This document shows positions 35,136 through 46,100 of a DNA stretch of 49,945 nucleotides, one piece after another; the stretch's first letter is position 1; each line of letters starts with the position of its first letter. The position numbers and the translations under genes are program-made. The stretch lies in NCBI GenBank assembly GCA_040143965.1, contig JASJQH010006893.1, positions 1 to 49,945 on the forward strand, read 5' to 3'. This stretch comes from Basidiobolus ranarum. Taxonomy: Eukaryota. Below the pieces are notes generated by a model. It worked only from the letters and a program-made list of their open reading frames with translations. It had not been told where the DNA came from and did not search any database.

Positions 35136-36845
35136 CTAATGAACGGATGCAGTTAACATATCACCATCCTCAATCTCTGTTTCTTGAATCATATCATCAG
35201 GAACCAATGCTTCATCATCAAATAAGATACGGACTGTACTATTAGAAGGCAGCTGCTTCAATTTGATATATTGTTGGATGATAGCTCTGACGGTGGTGGT
35301 CTATGAATCAATAAAGCTCAGAGAAGAATACACAACTAGAAACAGATAAATATATAAAATACCGGTTTGACTTTCAATTTCTCTACTGAGCCATCCTTAG
35401 AACGTATCTTGACATGGATAGCCTCTTCTAAATCAGTTTGCTCGGTGCCATCCGAACAAACAGATTCTGACTGCGTATTTGAGGCCTCAACAATTTCACT
35501 ATCAAGCTGGCTTCGCTCCAGAATCTTTTTTTCTTGAAGATGGTCGTAAAGTTCTCGTGTGCATGCCTCTAGAATATGAGTAAATAGGTAAAGATACAAA
35601 GAATCGTCGTAAAGATCTTTTCTAATCATACCAATCTCTCCCGATCCATATATTCCTAAACTCAAAGGAGTGGCACGAGGAAAAACACGAACACCTTCGT
35701 AAGTCATCACTAACGAATCCTGCGCTATATTTTTGGTCTTACTGAATATGGTCATCATTCTTTCAAAGGTATCGTTCTGCAGTATTGGATGTATCTCAGG
35801 TTAGTTACGTGAACAAGAGACTGAAAGAGACATGGGGAAACACATACACATCTCATGACAAACTTGACCGGTGCATGAGCCCTTGCATTTTTTTTCATGT
35901 TCTGTGGAGTTACTGTCCTAGTGTCAACCAATGTCCTTACAATAACTTCCACCTTTGCATTATATACATCCTTCTTTGTAACTTGACCACGCTGTTGAGC
36001 TCGCTGAGCTACAGATATAAGTTCAGGATCCAACTCTGTGTCGAATGACTCAGTGGATAAAGGCCCATCGACCTCTGTTTTAGGTATCTCTTTCAAAAAT
36101 AGTAAATCGTCGTCGTTTGTGTTCCTGAAGTTCGATGATTGTTATTATTTGACTTAATTACGGAGATGACTGTTTCAATAGCAGAGAAGTGCTTGAAAAA
36201 TCTCACCTTCGTTTTGAGGCCGGTTTGACAATTTCAGGTGGTGGAGTTAGAGATAGTTCGCGCTCAAATTCCTCAATAGCATTACTATATATGTGTGCAT
36301 GTCATAAGCAATTAGGTAAACAAAAACGACCTGAATATGCCTCATACCCTCGTTTCTTCACTTCTGTAACATTGTCAAGAAAGGTCACTTCGTCGTCAGA
36401 ATCGGTGACAACCAGTAGATTTCGTCTAACCTTTAACTCAGTAGTTTCAAATTGTTGCTCCTTTACCGAGATTTTGGTAGTGTGACTTTTTAATTGACCG
36501 AATTCCTCCATCTCCTCCTTCTCCACCTCTTCTTCTAACACTATACTAGAAGAATCTGAAACTCGTTAGGCTTATTCTCCATTGATAATAAACGCAATTG
36601 TTCAGTACACACAAAGACTTACTTCGAAAAGTGAAAGCACGACAAAAGAAATCATCGTCAGTAGGTTTTACTTCGTTCGATGTCTGCTCTTCTTGAGTTC
36701 CTTGTGGACTGAGCTGCGAAGACGAAGTAGATTCACTGGTCAAATTACTGTTTCCTCGACTGACTACAGGTTTAATAAAACGTCTGGGCTTGGGCTGTGG
36801 ACGTCGAGGCTTAACTGGAGTATGATCAGAATCAGAATCACTCAT
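35136..36845 (-). CDS. Rad60/Esc2/NIP45 (RENi) family protein with tandem SUMO-like domains
   Basis: Low-complexity acidic N-terminus (MSDSDSD, DDDFF, SIM-like LLVVTDSDDEV). SLD1 VMTYEGVRVFPRATPLSLGI; SLD2 IHVKIRSKDG...VRILFDDEALVPDDMIQETEIEDGDMLTASVH* (TAG 35138-35136). Confidence 0.82.
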
Positions 36846-37314
36846 GTTATATTATAATGTTACAACAACCTAAACTAATAACGGTACTGTGTTTGTATTC
36901 TATGAAAGCAGATACAAGTGAAAGTCATTGTCAAAACCAGTCTAGATCAAGCAGAAAAAAGTAAACTAAAGATTTAATCATTGTGATTCTTTGTTTGTTT
37001 ATAGCCGTCTTCAAAATCATCTTTCATGGTGACACAAATTATAGCTATGAAAGACTATCAAATAGACATATAACAACAGGTCTGACGAAAAAAAATTCCA
37101 TCAATCAGATCCAGCCAAGGCATGAAATTCAGAGAAATGAACCATCGCCTACGTAAACAAATTATAGTATTAATCGGAGAAAATCCAATTGATGCTAGGG
37201 ATTTGGGATTTGGTAAATTCATTACCCTTGTCTCATTGATTTTTAACTATCTTACTTTGTCCCTAATAAGCTAACGTTTACAACTCTGTTCTCACTCCGA
37301 GAGTTTTGTATATC

Positions 37315-38143
37315 ATGTTACTACGAATTTTCTCTTTCTTTGCGTTGCTGTGTGGTATCACCCAAGCATTGAAGTTTGACCTTCAAGCTTACCCAACAAG
37401 TTATAACGTTAAAAAATGTATCTCTCAATGGGTCCCTAGAGATACACTAGTAATGGTCACAATTAAGGCTGGCCAAGGTTATAATCAACGTATAGATGTT
37501 GAGGTATGAAGCATCCAACTTATCACTACCAAAAACTCAATAGGAACTAACTTTTATTATGTTATAGATTTCCGATGACAGTCCTGCCAGTAACATATAC
37601 CTCAACAAAGGAGATATCACTGAAAAGAAAGTCGCCTTGACTACCCAGGCCCACGCTGATGTCAAAGTCTGCTTCACCAATACTTTGGCTGAAGGTTAAT
37701 CTTCCATACATATACTTATTCAGTAGCTTAAATCTTACAAGTACATCTTCTAGGTTTCCAAGTTGATTCTCAATACAAACGTACCATCGAATTCCACTTT
37801 GATGTCGGAGCTGAAGCCGTCGATTATTCTGCTGTCGCTAAGGCTGAGAAATTGAAGCCAATGGAGGTTGAACTATACAAACTTGAGAAACTCTTAACTG
37901 AGGTTGTTGAAGAGATGGAATACCTTCGTCATCGTGAAGCACGTAGACGTGATACTAATGGTGAATTAAGATACTTTTGATATGCATACAAACGAACTCC
38001 ACATTAACAATTTCTTATTTCTAGAATCTACCAACGAACGTGTAAAGTGGTTCTCCATCTTCTCAATGGTCGTTTTAGTTAGTCTTGGTATTTGGCAAAT
38101 CTTCTACCTTAAGAGGTTCTTCCAAACCAAGAAGCTTATTTAA
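37315..38143 (+). CDS. ERV25: p24 delta family cargo receptor ERV25/TMED10, 4 exons
   Basis: Signal peptide, GOLD domain ([14 protein letters not shown]), [31 protein letters not shown] helix, tail [12 protein letters not shown]. Confidence 0.96.
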
Positions 38144-38623
38144 ATCAATGAGAAATCATTATGATGCAAAAGGAACTATATGTTTGTTCACTTTTTATTG
38201 AATCGAGTCGCTTCTTTTAAACTATAATACGTATCTTTGCTTCGTCTCTATATTGTTCTCTCTTCTTGCTTGATTCGTTCGTTAGAACATCAACTCATTT
38301 GAACATATTCAAGCCCTCCCCTATTCTCTTCAAATAAAAAGAGATCCACTGATTTCCTATATAACAGGTTGTTTAGTTTAAACCCATACAACAATATCAA
38401 TCTATTTTCAAACTATTTTATATGAAAACCCTTTTATAAGCTTTTTATATCTAAAGCAGAAGTGATTTGAGATGGTTAAAATGAGTAAGGAAGGGTAGAA
38501 ATTGGAATGTAAAGAAGGAAGAAACGATGTATGCAGGCTTCAAGATATATCAGCATTTTAATGAAGAATGGTCTAAAGAAAATAAAACGACGAAATGGAA
38601 AGTGTCATTTAGATGAATATGAT

Positions 38624-39274
38624 TTAATTCTTTGGAGATTTAGCGGCCTTCTTAGGTTGTTCCTTCATCATACCAGCTACCAATTTTTCAGCCAAGAGTT
38701 TAACTCTTTCACCATCAGGAAGATCCTGTTCACGAATGTTAACCTTAAGTTTCTTTCCGTGACCTACTTGATGGAAGTCCCAGACGGAGGCTTTCAAACC
38801 AACACCAGCAGGGGCGTTTTCTTGGAGGTAAGAAAGGAACTTACGTACAACTTGAGGATGGCTGTCTTTGATTTGAAGTAACCGTTTGTGTGTTTTACGC
38901 TCGAATACTTCCTGTCTTTTCTTATGAATGAAAGGAGATTTGGGAACACACCAGCGTTCAGTACGAGTGGGTAAAAACACTGGACCGGAGCAAGGCATAT
39001 TTAAAGCAGCGGCGGTTCTTTGAGCGAAGTCAACATAAAAGTCCATGATGGAAGGCTCGTATGTACGGAATTGTAAGTTACAAACTACAATACCATGAGT
39101 GGGAGGAATCTTCAAAGGTTCATAATAAACATCGTCCAATTCAATAGGAGCCTCCTTTTCGTTGGAGGTAGTGCCGACGGGAGTTGAGTAGTTACGAAGG
39201 TAGGTTGTCATTCTTGGTGTTGCCAAAAGCACACTCTTTTGACGAAAACCTGTGGCGCAAAGTGAACGTAACAT
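38624..39274 (-). CDS. RSM10: Mitochondrial ribosomal protein uS10m
   Basis: GPVFLPTRTERWCVPKSPFIHKKRQEVFERKTHKRLLQI; mitochondrial presequence. Confidence 0.95.
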   Translation of the reverse strand: MLRSLCATGFRQKSVLLATPRMTTYLRNYSTPVGTTSNEKEAPIELDDVYYEPLKIPPTHGIVVCNLQFRTYEPSIMDFYVDFAQRTAAALNMPCSGPVFLPTRTERWCVPKSPFIHKKRQEVFERKTHKRLLQIKDSHPQVVRKFLSYLQENAPAGVGLKASVWDFHQVGHGKKLKVNIREQDLPDGERVKLLAEKLVAGMMKEQPKKAAKSPKN

Positions 39275-39789
39275 ATCTTACTTATTGAGGACTTCTAACT
39301 CAAATTTCTTTAGTTTGAAACCAGGGATTTACAAAGAAAATTAGTTCTTTGCTTGTGAGAAAGAGAAAATAGTATTATATAATTATTCTCAACTTACGAA
39401 ATTATTTATTACCCTCAAAGGTATGTGAGTGCTAGTCTAACAAACAGGTCAAAAACTTTCCTTGAAGCTCAACAAAAATCTAAATTTTTTCATCATTCCC
39501 TACCCCGCCATGCACAAAGCGAATGATTCTTAGTATATTCCCCAACAGATATATTACCTAATTTCAACCATAGAAATATCATATTTGTGTGATGTGGATA
39601 ATTTCCCTCAAATTGGATATTATAATTGATTTGATTGAGAATTCACTCGACGTTTATTTACAATTCAGTTAGCGCGACTCGGATTTATCTCTCATGAATT
39701 GCCTATAGATAATCAAATATCAAGATAAACATACGTATTTAAGAGTGGCCCTTTCTTGTTGTCAAGTTGTGTAATGCAAATGGGTTGAT

Positions 39790-42331
39790 TCAATTTTGAC
39801 TGTTTAATGCATCCTCTAGCACGGTAACAAATTCATTCAAAGAGTTTGTGAATTCAGTAATTCTTTCTGGATGAATCATATCATCAGGTTTCCATTGAGC
39901 AGTCTCCCCCGGTCCCAGGAATCGGTTATCAATGAATTTATCAGACCATGGCTCATATTTCAGCTAGTTAACGGCAAGTCAATATTTTGACAGTAGAGTT
40001 ACTAATGGTTACTTAAGGGAACTGACCTTTACTCCAAAGCTAGTTCTGTTGGGGTTAATGGGTAGGACAACTTCTATGCCGAAGCCATCTGCGCCATCAT
40101 ATGTCCAAAGCTCTTCCCTCCAAATTTCTACAATGAAGTCGTGCCAACTATACGACCATTCGGTGATTCTAGATACAGTTAATAAATTGATTTCAGCTGT
40201 ATTTGTAAATACAAATCTATCTTTCTCGCTACATAAATATCGTAATGTAAGTTACTACAGTCAATGAGATTTCAATGGTTAACATCCAACCTTAATCGAA
40301 TTCTACCAACAAACTTCCCTACAGCACTATCGTGATCAGGAAAAAGTGATTTTTTGGTGAAAAATTTTAATTGCCAACTGAAGTCACTAAAGGGTAATAT
40401 TAGTATTGTTCATGAATAGAACGAAAGAATTGCGATTGTCTGGAACTTACTTTTCCGGGAAAATCCAATTAACCGTCAAAACATCCTTCTCTTCCACATC
40501 GATTTCCCATATACTGACACTTTTAACTGTACTGAAGTTAAGTGACATGGTGAAGTCTTGTGGAATGTTGCTCCTAGCGTTGCTGGTGTTCCTTGCACGA
40601 ACACGATACGAAGTTTTTGGTGATGTGGTAAATTCAAGTCCTTCCCGTGAAAGATATTCTAACAGCGGAGTGACACCGCTTTTATGGTAGAACAAACTGT
40701 AAAAGAATTAGTATAAGAAGTGTCACAACACATATTTGGAGGGTTTGTTTTACTCTGGTGCGAAAAGTGATGATAGCCTCTCACTAGGCATTACTGCATC
40801 ATAAAGCTTGATAACTTTCCATTTCTCTTTGTTTGGATAGGAGTCGAAGCAAACTTGTCCAAAGCTTTTGAGAGTAGTTAGCAATTATAGATCCGACGGA
40901 GTGTATTTTCTATGATATGAGGAGTCTTACCGAATAATCATTTCAATTTCACCATCAAATATGCATAGCTGAGTCAAGGCATTGTATAGTGATTCTTGGA
41001 ATGTTACAAGGTTTCGTACAGCAATGCTAACGGTACATATTAGAGAATAAGCATATCTTTACGAGTAAAGAGGTGCACATACTTGCGATAGTCTTCTTCT
41101 TCAGAGGTTTCTACATAACCTGGCATGATGTGATGTGTCACTGCTCGGAATACTCTTACTTCCATATTATGGCTCCATTCGATCGGACGAATGATATCGG
41201 GTTCTTCGAGTTTAATTCTAATCAAATTTTGAGGTGCTTGCAACAAATGAATTGTCCGTGGAGTGATTACTTGTGTCTAGTAATATGGATACTAGTTATA
41301 AATCATTCCAAAATCAACTAGATAACTGAAGTACTATGTACCTTTTGTACAAACAGGTTTTTGACTCTAGTGGTGGCCATATCCACACTATCTTCAGTAT
41401 CTCCAGCAATGCGCAAGATCTGGAGAGTAAATTAATTCTTTAGCATGTATCATTCTAGACCAAGTAGATTAGAAGTGACTATACGTTATCATTAAATCCA
41501 AACCATATATGACAATTAGTATCTTGACGTATCTTTTTCAAAAACTCCTCGTTTTTTCCAAATATTCTCTCCACATTGAAAGGTTCTGTTGGTAGAACAA
41601 ATATACCATTGTACTGCTTGTTTGTTGTGGGGATCTTATTTAATCGGCCTTCTTTTTCTCGTCGTTCCTGTTTACGTTGTTGTTTCCTCTCTTGAGAAGG
41701 AGTAAAGGGTTTATCGGGTTTACCCCAAATACTCTTTTTATCTTGTTTCTTCTTCTGTCGCATTTTTTTACGTAGCTAGACTCAACAACGCCATGTTAAT
41801 ATTTGGTTGAGAGGGTAGAAATATTGTGAAGTCTTTACCTCAAGTATATGTTCACCATGACTGTTCCAAGCCTTTTTGGATTCAGTGATACTAGCGGGAG
41901 TTCCCCACATTTCTATTTGCTAAGCCCCCCTTTAATAAACATATTTTTACGAAAAAGAGTTGACTGGAAAAGGTTTACTTTGAAATCATCGTTATAGATC
42001 ATGTATGCACCAGTGACATTTCTAATCTTATTAATGATATATTTCTTTTCGCCTAAAAATTCTTGTGGTGATATATCTACTGGAATCTATGCACCATACC
42101 ACCAAAAATAGTTTCAATTAGGGAGAGGTTAGTAAATGATGGAAGTAACTTTAATATTATAAGAATATTCACCAGCCAGACTCCATCAGGTTCAGTTCTT
42201 TGTCCAGAAGTAGTACTTGATTTGTTTTCCCAAAAAGGGGTCTCAGCTGGTTTAGTGGAGGTACTGGGTGCAGAGAATAAGTCACTCTTCCAGTCTTCCT
42301 CAACGATATCCTCAAAGACATTCATTTGCAT
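39790..42331 (-). CDS. Uncharacterised protein with two degenerate KH-like domains and a beta-rich C-terminal domain, about 12 exons
   Basis: Spliced IPVDISPQEFLGEKKYIINKIRNVTGAYM...IEMWG and VLPTEPFNVERIFGKNEEFLKKIRQDTNCHIWF...LRIAGDTEDSVDMATTRVKNL (type I KH patterns lacking an intact GxxG). Then DGEIEMIIRFGQVCF...WSDKFIDNRFLGPGETAQWKP; stop TGA 39792-39790. Confidence 0.75.
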
Positions 42332-43100
42332 ATGGACATTATTATACTAGTTGGATATACAACCAATATAAGGTAAAGACACTACGAAAGAATCAATTTC
42401 CAAAAATCCTAATATTTACCGATCGTAAGTTTGATTTATCTGAGTTAATCTATTGAATCACTCCTCCAGTAGAACGATTTTTAGAGTATATATTATCGTG
42501 TTAATGTGAAATTTCATCTGTTTTGCTAGAGTGTTATCAAGAAGTATATCAACCTGTGGCTTAACCTGTTTCAATATTCTTTTAAACCACTATAATTATT
42601 CTTGGTTTAATTCATGATTAAGCTCATAGTTGAGATCCATGATTTTGAGATCTAGTGAGGTACTTTGTCGAGTATTTTCCCAACGTTCGTCTAAAGCTCT
42701 CTCCTACAGAGCCTTATCGGTAGATGGCCGACTAGATAGGTGCGAAGAGGATGAGGCTCGTCGTACCGGACTGTAGAATAAGAGAGTACTGTGTTGAATA
42801 AAAGTAACCTTGGATATCGCTCTTGGGGTTGAGTATTTATAGTAGAGTTTATTACTGCCAAGTGCTGAAGGGTATTTTAATCCAGTAAAATATGTCACTC
42901 AATTCGAATGCATATATAGATAAAAAAATAACATGAAATATTAAAATGACAGTGATAATACCCTCCCCACTCCGGTATATCTTAGTATCAATGCTTTAGA
43001 GAGTGGGGGAACAAGCAAGCGAGTAAGAGGAAACTCCTGTACGATGAAAGATGAATAAACGGATATGGGAGTCATTCAAATACTATGCAACATTTGAAGC

Positions 43101-46100
43101 TTATCGATGAACACTTTCTCCTACGTCGTTGACCCAGATGCAACTCCATCCTTTTGGGGTGAATTCTTCGCCAGAATCCCAGCGACGCCACGCTTCCAAA
43201 TATCCTTTTTCTAGGTTTCGTACCCATCGAGGTGTATCAAATAATGGTGAATTATCTCGCTTTAAGAACAAATCACGACGAAGGTCCATCAAGATACCAC
43301 GTCCGATACGATAAAAAGATGATTGTAATTGTTGCTGGGTAATCCCCCGCAAAAATTCGAACATCTGATGAGGCTGTTGTAGTTGTGACTCATTATCTAC
43401 AACGTATTCATAACTAAGATCTTGAGCGTACTTCACTGCAATATCTTCGTATTCCAATTCAGAAGAAACTACCATTTTATCACCATGCCCAGTAGCATAA
43501 GCTATACTAGCAGCGACACGGGAGCAAAGCTTGTGACGATGACGAGGGAATGTGAGAATAGGTGTACCAGACCATAAAATATCACATCCAGTTGTATGTC
43601 CATTACATTCAGGAGTGTCTAGAAACAAATCAGCCACGCGTCCACGATGAATGTGAACACTTTTAGGGGCGACGTCGGTAAAGATGACGCGTGATGCTAC
43701 TTCTTTACCAGCATACTCCTCAGCAGTTCGAAGTAAATGAGTCTCACCTGCGGCAGGGAATCTCAATAACCAGAGGATAGAATTCGGAACACGAGACAAA
43801 ATTCTAAGCCACACTTTGAAAATTGATGGATCGATTTTGTATAATTGGTTGAAATTAGCAAAGATAACCATATTATCGTGTAAATGCGGGAATACTTCAC
43901 GTCGCATTATCCACCGCTTCTTTTGCTCCTGTCTCCACAGTGACTCTGAACAGGTAACGGCTAAGGAACTCGTAGATTTTGCATCTCCATCCTCATCTCT
44001 AAATCCTTGCCTATGGTCGTTAACGAAATATGAATGTGGCATATAAATCATCTTTTCGGTATAAACCCATTCTTCACTAATCTCTTCAGGATCCATATCT
44101 CCGATGGAAATTCCCTCAAGCTCATCAATATCATTGCAGTCGGACTCTTTTGATGGATCAACCTGCTCATTCGCTTCGTTATGCATCCTCCAGCGCTCAC
44201 AAGCTACCAATTCTGGAGGACAAACAATGGGATCCGAGATTAAATAATCGCACCATCCAGCTCCTAAACTTCCGGCAAATCCCATGTATGCCATGAGAAT
44301 CGGTGCAGGTCTAGCGGCAAATACCTCATTACGAGCTCCCTTTGTATAACCATTCAGGTTAATCAAGATATGAATACCATCTTGAACGATACGTTCGGTA
44401 ATAGCTTGTGTAGACCAAGTAGAAACATTCAGAAATACTTGCGCTTCTTGCTCAATTTTAGCACGATAGGGTGATTGATCATCGGGGGTAGTAGCATAGC
44501 AGTAGACCATAAATTTGCTGTGATCATGAAGACCAAATACTGACTGCATTAAATGGGATAATGGGTGGTTGTTAAAATCGGAAGATACGTATCCTATCTT
44601 GATTAATGGTGAAGGAGGAGCAGGAGGTGGATAAACTGTAGCCGGTAACCAAGGGTAATTTAGCACACTGTGCGAGATTCGGATTGCATTACGATGAGAG
44701 ATTAAACGAATTTGACGAGGAGATAACGGATACGTAAAAGTGTGGAACGGAAGAACTGTTGGGGCTGAAGGAGCACTCATTGGAGGGAGAGTTGGTCTTT
44801 GATACCTGTTGACTGCTTCATTGGCGCTGACCTTATAGCCACATTTATACTGATCAACATACCAGCGTCTTTGAACGATTCTCATACAACGCTCAACGAT
44901 TCGAACTAACCAGCTTCCCTCATTACGATGTGCTGCCTCATTGTCATTTTTTCCAATAGAAAGTTGGCCTTCAATAGTACTCATCGAGAAAATCCAATCT
45001 GCAATTTTAGATCTAAGTGTATCGGTAAGGCATCTAACTCCAAACGCATTAGAGATCATGTCGACAACAGTATCTTGAAAAGCGTTATTACGAAGGACTA
45101 CTTCACGACCCCATTCAAGACCTTCAGTTAATTGCTTATCCACAATCCGACTAACCTTATCCATCATCCAACCAGATGGATCGGAGAATCCTTTCTTTTG
45201 AGAGCGGACAAGAATACCTCCAGCTCCCTTTTCTAACTCAACTACACAATTTGCAGGTCCTCCACGGCCTCTCCAATCACATACACCGCCTAAAGCATTC
45301 ACTAATCCACATATAGCTTCACCAAAGTCAGGATTAACTTCAACAGCACGCATATACCATTGAACACTATCCTGCACCCTGCCCATATCTTTAATAGCAT
45401 TTCCCAGATTGGCAAGAGCGATATCAAATCGGGGATTGCACTCCACAGCCTTTTCGTACATACGTACGGCATCTGGTAAGCGGCCCATATCCTTCAGCAA
45501 AGATCCAAGGTTTGTGTACAAATGAGGGTGTTGAGAATCTAGTGAAAGGCCATATGTATAGTACTGATACGCTAATGCAGGTCCATTCAAAGGCGTAGGG
45601 CAATTGGATGTAGGAGCTAACACTCCAACAGTACTAAGTAATATTCCAAGATTGTTGCATGTTGAAGGCGAGGGATATAGAGAGAGAGAAAGATAGTAAA
45701 GAGGGAGTAACATTTGTAAAGGCGCAGAACTGCTTTTGTCCTGGTACAATTTGGCTAGTGTAAGCAAGATGTTGGAACATGTTTGATTGATTTGCTGCCT
45801 GCTTGTGGTAGACGGTACATAGCTTGGTGTTTTCTGCTCGTGAACATTGGTAAGTCCAGGAAGAATTCCATCGGATTTAGCAAAGATGGAATTACACAGT
45901 TGAACAGCTTGTTCAGGAGCTAACAACAGCATAGGGAGCGTAGCAAGGTTCCCTTTCTCGATAGTTGATATCCCTGTAGTTTGAGCAATAGAAGCAACTA
46001 CCTCAACTAAGGTACAACCTCCGAATACGATTTCCAATGCGCGTTCGTATTCCTTTTTGGCACCACAACAATCACCCATAGCATAAAGCAAATTACCCTT

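Noticed and set aside
9251-39274. Apparent clustering of mitochondrial genes (CCE1, CLPX, PAM18, NFS1, MRM1, RSM10)
   Set aside because: They are interspersed with unrelated genes and share no pathway; compatible with chance in a housekeeping-rich region.
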